NCBI GenBank assembly: GCA_017993335.1
Contig: JAGOMX010000004.1
Location: 1,185-65,184 of the forward strand
Length of the DNA stretch: 64,000 nt
Direction of reading: 5' to 3'
From: Alphaproteobacteria bacterium
GTDB taxonomy: Bacteria > Pseudomonadota > Alphaproteobacteria > JAGOMX01
The position numbers and the translations under genes were made by a program. Under the pieces are notes generated by a model. It ran no database searches, had not been told where the DNA came from, and saw only the letters and a program-made list of their open reading frames with translations. Below are positions 39,364 to 48,608 of the stretch, piece by piece (position 1 is the stretch's first letter; each line of letters opens with the position of its first letter).

Positions 39364-41577
39364 ATGACTCTATTCAAAATAACACGTAATTTATTTGCAG
39401 CTTTAATGTTTTTATGTGCATCTGTGCATGCCTCTAATCCCAGTGAACGTGCCGAGATTTTGTTTAGAATTTGTTGCGGGGATTTGACGATAGAGTCTGC
39501 CTATTCAGAGGAAAAATATAAGGATTTTAATATGTGTGTTAAAAATCTGGAAAGAAATATAAAGATTTTATCGTCTCCTGATGCAGATATGGGTATGAAA
39601 ATGGGGATGGCTAATCTTCTTTGTAAGGATCCAAGATTCTGCCATAAAAAAGAATACAAACAAATTGGGTTAAGATTTTTTGAAGAGTTGTCACTGTTGG
39701 GGAAGTATTCAGATGCCCAGTATATGTTCAGTTTCTTTCTATTAAAAGAAGATGATCCAGAATGTGTGAAAAAAGGATTGAAGTGGCTTGAAATATCTGC
39801 AAATGCTGGTGAGACTATGGCCATGAATGGTATGGCTTTGAATCTTCTTAATTCTACGTGGTGTGAGGATACGTTAGAAAATAAAAAGAAGGGAATGGCG
39901 TGGCTTGAAAAAGCTGCAAAATTAGGTTGTCCAGCTTCTCAATCTACTTTAGGGCGCTATATGGTGAGGGGGATGTATGTTGATAATACAAAAGAAAACA
40001 AAAAAAAGGGTATCGAATGGCTTGAAAAGGCTGCCGAGGCCGGTATAGTTTACGCCATGAATGATCTAGGTGTGTTCCTTATTCAATCAGGAGAAGAACA
40101 GAAAAAAGGTATAGAGTGGATAATGAAGGCTGCAGATTTAGGTCATGCGGTTTCTATGTCGAATCTTGGTCTTTTAATGATAAAAAATAAGTATTTTAAA
40201 GATACGAAAGAAAACAAGAAAAAGGCTGTGGAATGGCTTGAAAAGGCTGCAAATGCAGGCGTAATTTCCTCTATGAATGAACTAGGCAAGGCTCTTGTGG
40301 GGGCTATAGGCTGTGAAAATACACCGGAAAATAAGAGAAAGGGAATTGAGGTATTTATAAAAGCTTCCGATGGGGGAGATGCTGTATCCTCTTTTCAAAT
40401 TGCGTATTTTTACTTCACGGGAATGTCTGTGCTAGAGAAGGATTTCCAGAAAGCTATATATTATTTTGAGAGGGCAAATGATAAATATCTTGCGGACGAT
40501 TATATGGGGTTTTGTTATTTAAAGTTGTCTGAATACAGAAAATCCTTGAAACACTATGAGCTTGCGAGAAGAAGAGGAGCATTTGTATCGGATGCAATGA
40601 TTAAATACTTAGAATCTAAAGCGAATCCTCAATTTCAGGACCGTAAAAAATCTAAAAACAACAGTAAATCTAGAACAATTCAGGGAATTCAGAGCGATCT
40701 AGATCAACAAAAAATTCAGTTGCTGCAGCAGTATGATTCGGTTTCTACCCAATTAAAAAAACTGGAAGAGCTGAAGGTAAAAAATAACTATAAGTCGGAT
40801 GCGGGCGATGAGGTCTCTGCAGAGGAGTTAAAAAAGTATAGGGATGATTTTGTAAAAAATCATAAATCTACTTTAGCCAATAAACAGGAAAATATATCCT
40901 TGTTTCAAGATTATCTGATGAATATAAAAGATAAAATTTTTCACCAAAACCAAGCTTTGAGCATAAGCATAAGAATGGAAAATCAGAGAAAAACCATCCA
41001 GGATCATTATGATGCTTTTGGTGTGCTGTCTGTAGATGAAGAATCTAGAGAAGCAAAAGCATCGGCTAAGAAAAATGCACAACTGGTTTTGGATCAAGAA
41101 AAAGAAAAGGCGCACGCCAAACATAATAAATCTAATGCAAAGAAAAAAAAGAAGAAGTCAAAAAAAACGGTGCCGATAGCAACGCAAGCGGAAACAAAAG
41201 CAATCGGACCATTCTCCGATACTCGTTTGATCGTCAAAACAGAAGCTGATATACCAGAGGCGGCTATGCAGAAAGCTTATACAATTCTGAACGGAATTCG
41301 GGATTCCCGCACGATAGATGAGGTTGTCAATAAGTTGAAATCTCTGGATATCAAGGTAGACATAAAAAAAATATCATCAGACTACGCCGGTTGCCCAGAG
41401 GCTGATGTGGTTTATGAGGCGAGAATCAACAACCAATATCGTGTGATTATTCCCTTTATCCATGTGAAAAATGAGGCTATTGCTAATGACAATAATAATC
41501 GCACACCAGAATCCGATGTCACAACTTTAATATATCAAAGCGAAATATACATCTGCGATCCCCATGTGAAGCAATGA
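39364..41577 (+). CDS. Sel1-like repeat protein with signal peptide, Lys-rich coiled-coil segment and a unique C-terminal domain; effector-like
   Basis: Signal peptide MTLFKITRNLFAALMFLCASVHA. Repeats KKKGIEWLEKAAEAGIVYAMNDLGVFL, KKKAVEWLEKAANAGVISSMNELGKAL and others. A K-rich tract KKKKKKSKK. Confidence 0.8.
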   Translation: MTLFKITRNLFAALMFLCASVHASNPSERAEILFRICCGDLTIESAYSEEKYKDFNMCVKNLERNIKILSSPDADMGMKMGMANLLCKDPRFCHKKEYKQIGLRFFEELSLLGKYSDAQYMFSFFLLKEDDPECVKKGLKWLEISANAGETMAMNGMALNLLNSTWCEDTLENKKKGMAWLEKAAKLGCPASQSTLGRYMVRGMYVDNTKENKKKGIEWLEKAAEAGIVYAMNDLGVFLIQSGEEQKKGIEWIMKAADLGHAVSMSNLGLLMIKNKYFKDTKENKKKAVEWLEKAANAGVISSMNELGKALVGAIGCENTPENKRKGIEVFIKASDGGDAVSSFQIAYFYFTGMSVLEKDFQKAIYYFERANDKYLADDYMGFCYLKLSEYRKSLKHYELARRRGAFVSDAMIKYLESKANPQFQDRKKSKNNSKSRTIQGIQSDLDQQKIQLLQQYDSVSTQLKKLEELKVKNNYKSDAGDEVSAEELKKYRDDFVKNHKSTLANKQENISLFQDYLMNIKDKIFHQNQALSISIRMENQRKTIQDHYDAFGVLSVDEESREAKASAKKNAQLVLDQEKEKAHAKHNKSNAKKKKKKSKKTVPIATQAETKAIGPFSDTRLIVKTEADIPEAAMQKAYTILNGIRDSRTIDEVVNKLKSLDIKVDIKKISSDYAGCPEADVVYEARINNQYRVIIPFIHVKNEAIANDNNNRTPESDVTTLIYQSEIYICDPHVKQ

Positions 41578-41583
41578 GTTTGT

Positions 41584-42177
41584 TTAGACAAGAGTTTTCC
41601 TCCGATTCCAGAGCCACGTGATTGCGCACAATAGGCTGAGGCCTAGGATGGTGTGTTTGGGGATGCGGTCTTGATATATCAGATAGAGTAAGGGGGCTGC
41701 GGAGAGGAGGATGAGGAAATAGCCTAAGGCTTGCGGGGTTTGTTTGTATTTTTCCCGAGCCAGCATGACATGCGCCAGGATGACGACCAAACTTCCGGAG
41801 ATAAAGGCGCCGGCGATATCTCGGGGGTAATGATAGCCTTTTTGGACCAAGGCAAAGCCAGTGGCGGCTAAAATACCTGTGAGCGCTATTCGCACCCATG
41901 TTTTCGGGATGCGGGTAAATAGCCAGCCATAAAAACACATGGAGCCTTGAAAATGCCCGCTGGGAAAACCAAATCCAGGTAAATCCATAGGGCGAGGCAG
42001 GCCAAAAAAGGCTTTGAGGGCTGGGTTCAGAACCATCGAAAAACACGCCAGCAAAATCGCCACGCCCCAGGTTGTTTTATCGTAATAAAAGAATCCCAAC
42101 AAAAATAAGCTGAAAACCGTTACAGGGTTTGAGAAAACCAATAAAACGCTGGCTAAATGATCGAGAAAATTTTCCAT
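41584..42177 (-). CDS. PAP2-family (type 2 phosphatidic acid phosphatase) membrane protein
   Basis: All three PAP2 motifs are present: KAFFGLPRP (Kx6RP), FPSGH (PSGH) and GYHYPRDIAG (SRx5Hx3D variant). Confidence 0.8.
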   Translation of the reverse strand: MENFLDHLASVLLVFSNPVTVFSLFLLGFFYYDKTTWGVAILLACFSMVLNPALKAFFGLPRPMDLPGFGFPSGHFQGSMCFYGWLFTRIPKTWVRIALTGILAATGFALVQKGYHYPRDIAGAFISGSLVVILAHVMLAREKYKQTPQALGYFLILLSAAPLLYLIYQDRIPKHTILGLSLLCAITWLWNRRKTLV

Positions 42178-42192
42178 AGGGTTAGGCTCACT

Positions 42193-43290
42193 TTAGTTTT
42201 GAGGGTTGTTAAAAAAGATTAACTTTTTTATTTCTTTTAGAAGCATGGGAAATTGTAAAAGGCCTGAAAGGCTATCCCCTGGAAGGCTTATATCAAAACC
42301 TCTTCTTTGTGGAGATGAGACTTCATTCTGTGAGGTTTTTTTTGTGGCGACTAGAGCTACGGAGTCTTTTTCTGCATACCGAGTCATATCAAAACAATCC
42401 TCGCACTCAAAACCGCTCTCTTTTATATACGTCAGGATTGATTCTTTGCTTATAAAAAAGGCGCTACCGGGAAAGGATTGCGGCTGGTAGGGGGATAGAA
42501 CATGAAAAAAACGAAAATAGCCGGGATCTTTTAAAAAGTACGACCCCAGAAAATACAGCACCGATGTGAGGTATCCTTCGGATACATAATGGCTTTGAGG
42601 GGTGCGAATCTTTAAGAAAAGTTTGCCGTTATCCCGCAGGGCATCATGAATATTTTCTAACGCGAGGGCTAATGTTTGGGGATTTAAATAGGCTGCCACA
42701 TCGGACATTAAGGCAATGTCGGCTGAATCATTGTTGAGGAATCCAGGGATTTCTATGCCCCCACAAATGGTTGTAACCGTGCATTGAGGGTCATAACGGT
42801 GGCCTGAATAGGTGGCGATTTGCTGATGCGTGAGATTGCCTTTGCTTTCAGATCGCAAACTCTGTGGGCTTTCCGGGATCAAATTTTTCCAGGCGATGCT
42901 GAGGTGATTTTTGCTTGGATCTACAAGTGTGGCGTTTAAGTTGGGGTTGAGGTCTAAAGCTCGTTTTGTCCAATAGCCAAAGGCGCAACCTACATCTAAA
43001 ATATCCTTGGCATTTAAGGCGGCGCTTAAAAACAGTTCTGTTAATTTGTCCGCATGTATTTCCATAAATCCATTTTGGTTGAATGTGGGGATGCGGTGTG
43101 AATTTTCCACAGGATAGATGTCTTTTCCCTTGTAGGGAATCAGGAAGAATGGGTCGGGGCCTTTATAGACAGTTAGGGTGGATTTTTGGGTGTTATTTTC
43201 AATCCTCCAGCCTGTGTCATCACTGCCATAAGCGACCGCTTGTAGGAAGAAGAAAACGATCAATAGGTTTTTAAATAAAGCTGCTTTCAA
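42193..43290 (-). CDS. secreted class I SAM-dependent methyltransferase domain protein
   Basis: Signal peptide MKAALFKNLLIVFFFLQAVAYG. Methyltransferase motif I ILDVGCAFGYWT and motif II-like LVDPS. Confidence 0.7.
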   Translation of the reverse strand: MKAALFKNLLIVFFFLQAVAYGSDDTGWRIENNTQKSTLTVYKGPDPFFLIPYKGKDIYPVENSHRIPTFNQNGFMEIHADKLTELFLSAALNAKDILDVGCAFGYWTKRALDLNPNLNATLVDPSKNHLSIAWKNLIPESPQSLRSESKGNLTHQQIATYSGHRYDPQCTVTTICGGIEIPGFLNNDSADIALMSDVAAYLNPQTLALALENIHDALRDNGKLFLKIRTPQSHYVSEGYLTSVLYFLGSYFLKDPGYFRFFHVLSPYQPQSFPGSAFFISKESILTYIKESGFECEDCFDMTRYAEKDSVALVATKKTSQNEVSSPQRRGFDISLPGDSLSGLLQFPMLLKEIKKLIFFNNPQN

Positions 43291-45086
43291 CCTTTAATAT
43301 CCTTAATTGGTGACATGATGGTTTCATCATGGGGGTGAAAAATTCCGCGGACTTGTGTATAGATGAGGTTCAGCAGCGATCCGATGGCCCCGAGTGAAGA
43401 GGATAGATCATTTTGCGAAACCTCTATTTCATTTTCATCTGTATGACCAAGTATGAATTTTTCCAGCTGCTCTGTAACGCTGAGTGGACGTGGGAATATT
43501 TGTAAGGGGACAGTTTGGTCTGACAGAGATGTCATATCTTTTGCAACCGCGATGGCTTCATGAAGGTCGCCGAGTTTGTCAACTAATCCAAATTTCAAAG
43601 CGTCTTCACCGGACCATACACGTCCTTTTGCTATTTCCTGCACATGTTCCTGCGGCAATTTTCGACCTTCAGCAACGCGTTCAATAAAGTTTTGGTAGAT
43701 ATTGTCGAGAGAAGATTGTAACCGTTCCCAGCCCTGGGGGGTGTAATCAACAATATTTGACCACATGCTGGCATTGTCGCCAATTTGCACTTGATCCCAG
43801 TGAATACCAAGCTTTTCCCAGGCTTCTTTTGTTACCCACTTACCGCCGAGCACGCCGATGGATCCTGTAATTGTGCTCGGGTGAGCCACGATACTATCCG
43901 CATAAGCAGAAATCCAATATCCACCAGAAGCCGCCACATCGCTCATGGAGATGATGACCGGTTTGCCTGATTGTTTAGCCTTGCGTAAGGCCCTTAAAAT
44001 GGTTTCCGAAGCCACTGGCGATCCGCCTGGACTGTTGACGCGAAAGACAATGGCGGCGACATCTTCATCGGCGACGGCATCTTCAAAAGCTTTTTTAATA
44101 TGGGCCGGGTTCATGGAGTCGTTGTTAAAAGGAACGTTCATCGGTTGAGATCGCATAATCGCGCCATTGCCAAAGATGATCGCAATTTTTTGCGTCCCCG
44201 CCTTTACGGCTGGTAATGGATTGGCCGCTAAATAGTCTTGATAATTTACGAAGGAAAACTCATTCTTAATCTTATCGCGGATGTATGGGGTTACTTCATC
44301 AAAATAATCCACGCGATCCACCATGCCGAGCTTCAGCGGATCGGATCCAAAGAGTGGGCCTTTATGGATGCTGTCCCACACATCCGGTTCGTTTAACTCA
44401 CGCGATAAGGCCACATCCCGGACAATTTGGTTCATTAAGGAATTTAAGAGGGCTTGTGTAGATTCTTTACTGGCTTTTGTCATAGCGCTTTCGGTGTACA
44501 TATCTAGCGCAGATTTATATTCTTCCCGTTTACCGATTCTCGATTGCACACCGATAGAATCCAGCGCTTGCTTAGCAAAAGGCATTTCAGCATATAGACC
44601 CGTCATGCATATGGCGCCCATGGGTTGAATCCATATTTCTTCAAACGCCGATGCCAGGTAGTACGGAATTGTGCCTGGAGACATTTCACCAAAGGTATCC
44701 GCATGAGCAATCGTAAATTTTTCTTGGTCTCGCCCGGATACACGAAACCGCATAATTGCATTACGGATTTCTTGAGTTTGTGCGAGCCCTAAGCTGGCTT
44801 GGTCCAGGCGGGCTACGATACCAATAACTCGAGGGTCTTTGCTCGCCATATCTATAGCGTGGACAATATTATAAAGTGAATGCGCTGGTAGAGAAAATAA
44901 GCTGTTCAGACCACTGGCGTCCGTATTTTCCGCTATGCGACCGCTAAATTGCAAATACAATACAGATCGAGCTTGAATTTCCTTGTGCTGACCTTGATTC
45001 ATTTTGGCGATCACAAATATACCGATTACGGAAAATAGCACCATCCCACCTATAGATGCGAGTATGCCAACGATCAAGCGCTTCAT
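43287..45086 (-). CDS. sppA: signal peptide peptidase SppA (protease IV, 67K type, S49 family)
   Basis: N-terminal TM. Duplicated S49 domains with the catalytic region VNSPGGSPVASE...SDVAASGGYWIS. 599 aa. Confidence 0.85.
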   Translation of the reverse strand: MKRLIVGILASIGGMVLFSVIGIFVIAKMNQGQHKEIQARSVLYLQFSGRIAENTDASGLNSLFSLPAHSLYNIVHAIDMASKDPRVIGIVARLDQASLGLAQTQEIRNAIMRFRVSGRDQEKFTIAHADTFGEMSPGTIPYYLASAFEEIWIQPMGAICMTGLYAEMPFAKQALDSIGVQSRIGKREEYKSALDMYTESAMTKASKESTQALLNSLMNQIVRDVALSRELNEPDVWDSIHKGPLFGSDPLKLGMVDRVDYFDEVTPYIRDKIKNEFSFVNYQDYLAANPLPAVKAGTQKIAIIFGNGAIMRSQPMNVPFNNDSMNPAHIKKAFEDAVADEDVAAIVFRVNSPGGSPVASETILRALRKAKQSGKPVIISMSDVAASGGYWISAYADSIVAHPSTITGSIGVLGGKWVTKEAWEKLGIHWDQVQIGDNASMWSNIVDYTPQGWERLQSSLDNIYQNFIERVAEGRKLPQEHVQEIAKGRVWSGEDALKFGLVDKLGDLHEAIAVAKDMTSLSDQTVPLQIFPRPLSVTEQLEKFILGHTDENEIEVSQNDLSSSLGAIGSLLNLIYTQVRGIFHPHDETIMSPIKDIKG

Positions 45087-45253
45087 TTGTATTCCTTCTC
45101 ATTTATAACAATTCATACTAACAGAGAAAATCGCCTCTGTTAATCCGACATTTTTTTTGTTTTTTTTAACATAAAATTGTTTTTTTTGATCTATCATGTA
45201 AATGAGGGGAATATACAATTTGTTACCCGAGATAAGAAAAAAATGGAGAGTGC

Positions 45254-46543
45254 ATGTCGAATCCTTTTTTTGCCGTCTTTGTCGTCATGGTTTTTGTGGC
45301 GAATATTTCTCGTTCTTATGCCTCTGATTTGCCTGAATCGTTACCCTCGCAACATTCTTATTCATCTATGTTATTTCGTCCGTTCAATGCGGTGTTGGAT
45401 GTGGTTTGTGCGCCTTTGCATTTTATGTCCACGAAGAGTTACGCGGAGCAACTGGAGGATAAATTCAAAACCATATCGAAAGTTCTCCATAAAAAAGTTA
45501 TTTCACCGGAACTTAAAGTAGATGTTTTGCATGATCTTGAATCCTGTGCTTCTGCAGGGCATCCGCAGGCTATGTATGTGTTTGGCTCTTTATTGTTAGG
45601 TTGCCCTGCAGAGCCCTATAATGCCCTAGAAGCCCTTATTGAACGGGATCGAGATTTGGGTTTTCAATATGTAGATGCGGCTGCGAATAAAGGGAGCGCG
45701 GAGGCAATAAGTTTACGGCAGCAATGTTGGGGCGCTACGAAGTTAGAATCTTTAGTAAACGATAGTTTGGAAGTGGCCAGCGATGAGGAAAAACAGAAGT
45801 TTGCAGCTCGTGTGACCGAAGAAATGCCGGAGCTCGTGCGCGTTAATCCTCATGCGGCCTTTTATTGCTGTGATGCCATTTTAAATAAAGAAAAATCGGC
45901 TTATCCGTGGATGTCCAGTTCATCATTATCCTTGCTGGATCAACGAACGATTATGAGTCCTTTATTGAAATTCGCTGTTAAAAATAATGTTTTAGAAGCC
46001 AGGCGGTTAATGTATTTTCTGGAGCAAGAAGACGCGGTTTATGTCCGTGTCTGTGAATCCATCATGAAAAATCCAGAGAAAATCATCAAAGGTTTGAGTA
46101 TGTGGGATCCAGGATATTTGCAAGAGCATATTAGTTTTCTTGTGGAACAAACCATTGAGGAAAGAGGGTATGTCTTAACGAAAGAATATGCCCTGTTTAT
46201 AAAGTCCGTTATGGGGCTTCGTATGAATCAAGTTTTTTACTTTCTCGGGTCGTATTTTAGTTACATCCGAATTTCCCGGGCCACTGAATTTAATGATGGG
46301 GAGATCGGTACTTTGCTGCATGTAATGAGCGTGCGTAAAATGGGGGATCTTCTTGTGGGTAAAACAAATTATTTCTTAGAACCTATCTGGCATAAAGATT
46401 ATGAAAAAGGTCTTTCTGTCGATTTCACCGAACATAAACTGTATTGTGCCGTAACGAAGCTAGATGTGCATTTAGCGTTAGGGATGTTATTGGATTTTGA
46501 AGATCATCCTTTTCCGGAGGTAGCTAACCTGGTGATGGAATAA
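45254..46543 (+). CDS. secreted hypothetical protein (429 aa) with a single possible Sel1-like unit
   Basis: Signal peptide MSNPFFAVFVVMVFVANISRSYA. CASAGHPQAMYVFGSLLLG resembles a Sel1 repeat. Confidence 0.6.
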   Translation: MSNPFFAVFVVMVFVANISRSYASDLPESLPSQHSYSSMLFRPFNAVLDVVCAPLHFMSTKSYAEQLEDKFKTISKVLHKKVISPELKVDVLHDLESCASAGHPQAMYVFGSLLLGCPAEPYNALEALIERDRDLGFQYVDAAANKGSAEAISLRQQCWGATKLESLVNDSLEVASDEEKQKFAARVTEEMPELVRVNPHAAFYCCDAILNKEKSAYPWMSSSSLSLLDQRTIMSPLLKFAVKNNVLEARRLMYFLEQEDAVYVRVCESIMKNPEKIIKGLSMWDPGYLQEHISFLVEQTIEERGYVLTKEYALFIKSVMGLRMNQVFYFLGSYFSYIRISRATEFNDGEIGTLLHVMSVRKMGDLLVGKTNYFLEPIWHKDYEKGLSVDFTEHKLYCAVTKLDVHLALGMLLDFEDHPFPEVANLVME

Positions 46544-46548
46544 GTTGT

Positions 46549-47850
46549 TTACTCTTCCGGGATGATGTCGGCTGGATCAAATGTGTGCATTAGGCTGATT
46601 TCATTATAGTTCAATGAGTAGGGATCGAATTTATTCTCTGGTTTTTGGTAGAACATTTTTATGGCCATCACGTATGCGGTTACCATTTGATCTAAAAACG
46701 CTTGGATTTCGGATTCAGTGGTTAGTTTTAAGGCTGAACATGCTTCGCGGAATTCATGGTCAAAATGACGGCGGATGACTTCATTTTCATGACGTGCTTT
46801 GCCGATCAGGGCGTTGAGTAGTAACGTCATTTTCTCATCCGAAGTTATGATGCCATCCGATGATTCTTTAGCGTCTAAGGCTTTTTTGAGGTGAGGGTGA
46901 TCTTTAAATATCTCAAGACAGGCTTCTTTTTGCTGCTGGGGTGAGGTGAGTTCTTGAAACAGTTTTTGCAGGACATATTGTGTGCACGATGCGGCTATTT
47001 TTTTTATTTCTGCTGGATCCAAATCCGGAGAGGCTTTCGTAATAAAAGCTTGTAGATCTGATTCTATGCGTTCTGGCTGGATAAATATCTTGCCACGTTG
47101 ATAAGTCGACAACACATTGGCTACGGCGTTAAGACGATGTGTAAAAGGCGAATCTTGCTGTAGGTCACGCATGGTGGCTTCAAAAGAAAAGGCAAAACGA
47201 TGCAAATACTTACCGCCTTTCATGAATGTTTTAGAATCCAGGGGCTCTGGCGTTTCTATTTTATGGATAAAGTAACCTAGTTGCTCGCCTAGGCTGATGA
47301 GGTGCGTAAACGTGTTTGCCTTTGTAAATAAGTCTTTGTGGGTTTCTATAAGGTGCTTCCGTAGTTCATTTATGTTTTGAAACTTATCCGGATTGCCTTT
47401 GCGGAGATAGTCATTGACCATGAGACTGAGCACTTGGGAGATGGGTTGATCTCCGGTTACGATCAGTTGAAAGGCTTCTTGTGTAAAATAGCTCTCTGGA
47501 AAATATGTACCGCGTAGGGCAAAGAGTAGGGCGCTGTGAATTAAAAGGTCATCCTTTTCTTTTGTGGCGGCCTGAATAATGATTTGCATGTCTTTGTTGG
47601 CCAACGGGTCAGAAAAATTCAGTTTTTCTTTAGAAATACTCTGTTGTAGGGCTTCAGCGTTTTTATCCTGACTGAGAATTTGTTGAGACAAGGCCGCAAG
47701 AGATTTAAGGTCCACTAAAGCGTTTAAATCTTTGGGGTCTACGCCGTATTTTATTTTTAGCGTTTGTTCGTCTTGCTGTTCAGCTTTGTGGAGCTCATCT
47801 TCAAACTCTTCAATGCTTTTAATAAGACTTTTAGCTTCAGGGAAAATCAC
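46549..47850 (-). CDS. hypothetical alpha-helical protein (433 aa), no signal peptide, orphan
   Basis: ORF with coherent codon usage and no recognisable motif. Confidence 0.55.
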   Translation of the reverse strand: MIFPEAKSLIKSIEEFEDELHKAEQQDEQTLKIKYGVDPKDLNALVDLKSLAALSQQILSQDKNAEALQQSISKEKLNFSDPLANKDMQIIIQAATKEKDDLLIHSALLFALRGTYFPESYFTQEAFQLIVTGDQPISQVLSLMVNDYLRKGNPDKFQNINELRKHLIETHKDLFTKANTFTHLISLGEQLGYFIHKIETPEPLDSKTFMKGGKYLHRFAFSFEATMRDLQQDSPFTHRLNAVANVLSTYQRGKIFIQPERIESDLQAFITKASPDLDPAEIKKIAASCTQYVLQKLFQELTSPQQQKEACLEIFKDHPHLKKALDAKESSDGIITSDEKMTLLLNALIGKARHENEVIRRHFDHEFREACSALKLTTESEIQAFLDQMVTAYVMAIKMFYQKPENKFDPYSLNYNEISLMHTFDPADIIPEE

Positions 47851-47863
47851 AAGAAACTCATTT

Positions 47864-48556
47864 TTATATTTTTCCCAGGGGAGTACACGAGAATTGTGAA
47901 TGTTCCGAAAAATCTGAAGTTGTCCTAAGGAAAACGCTGTTTTTTTTATATTTTTCCATCGCTTCAGGATTTTCTATGTGTCTCATGGTTTGTAAGGTTG
48001 CCCCTGGGTGTTGGGTGTAAACTTCTTCATCAAAAGCAATGTCAGAGGTGTTTTGATACATGTAGACATGCAGCGTATCCATTAAGATTTTTGCCATGGT
48101 TTCTTGAAAAGCGGATTGTCCTTGCGCCACATTGTCAATGTCCGAATTATACCCCACCGTTCCGGTTACACCCCAACGGACTGGATCTAACGTAAAGGCG
48201 GCTAATGCTGAATTCACGAGTTTTTCTTTAAATGCTTTATCTATTTCACGAAACTCTTGCCACGAATAGGCCGTGCCATGTATCGGGGTGGTCATGCCCA
48301 CATCCAGCTTTTCTTTCAAGGAAATCCACGTGGCTCCGGCTTTAAATTGCTGGAAGGGAATGGGGTGTTTGTTTTTAAATTCATCAATTTGCTGCGTATA
48401 GGTTTGACCCAACATGTCTTCCCATATGCCCCTGGATATTTCATTCAGACTTTGCTGCGTTTCAATAACTTTGAATAATTCCTCTTTGTTCGCAGCAAAT
48501 GCGAATGAAGGTAAAATGCATAAGGTTATGATAATCAATGTTCTATATATATTCAT
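47864..48556 (-). CDS. secreted hypothetical protein (230 aa)
   Basis: Signal peptide MNIYRTLIIITLCILPSFAFA. Has a weak GS-x-DxD-like motif, TGTVGYNSDID. Confidence 0.55.
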   Translation of the reverse strand: MNIYRTLIIITLCILPSFAFAANKEELFKVIETQQSLNEISRGIWEDMLGQTYTQQIDEFKNKHPIPFQQFKAGATWISLKEKLDVGMTTPIHGTAYSWQEFREIDKAFKEKLVNSALAAFTLDPVRWGVTGTVGYNSDIDNVAQGQSAFQETMAKILMDTLHVYMYQNTSDIAFDEEVYTQHPGATLQTMRHIENPEAMEKYKKNSVFLRTTSDFSEHSQFSCTPLGKI

Positions 48557-48608
48557 AGCATAGGCTTTATTTATATTTGTTATGAATATGACATAAAATA
48601 ATTAATTT

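Noticed and set aside
47864-48556. Nucleotidyltransferase-fold (GS-x-DxD) call for the secreted 230-aa protein
   Set aside because: The motif match (GVTGTVGYNSDID) is imperfect and there is no supporting second motif. It is kept only as a low-confidence note inside a finding, not as a feature call.
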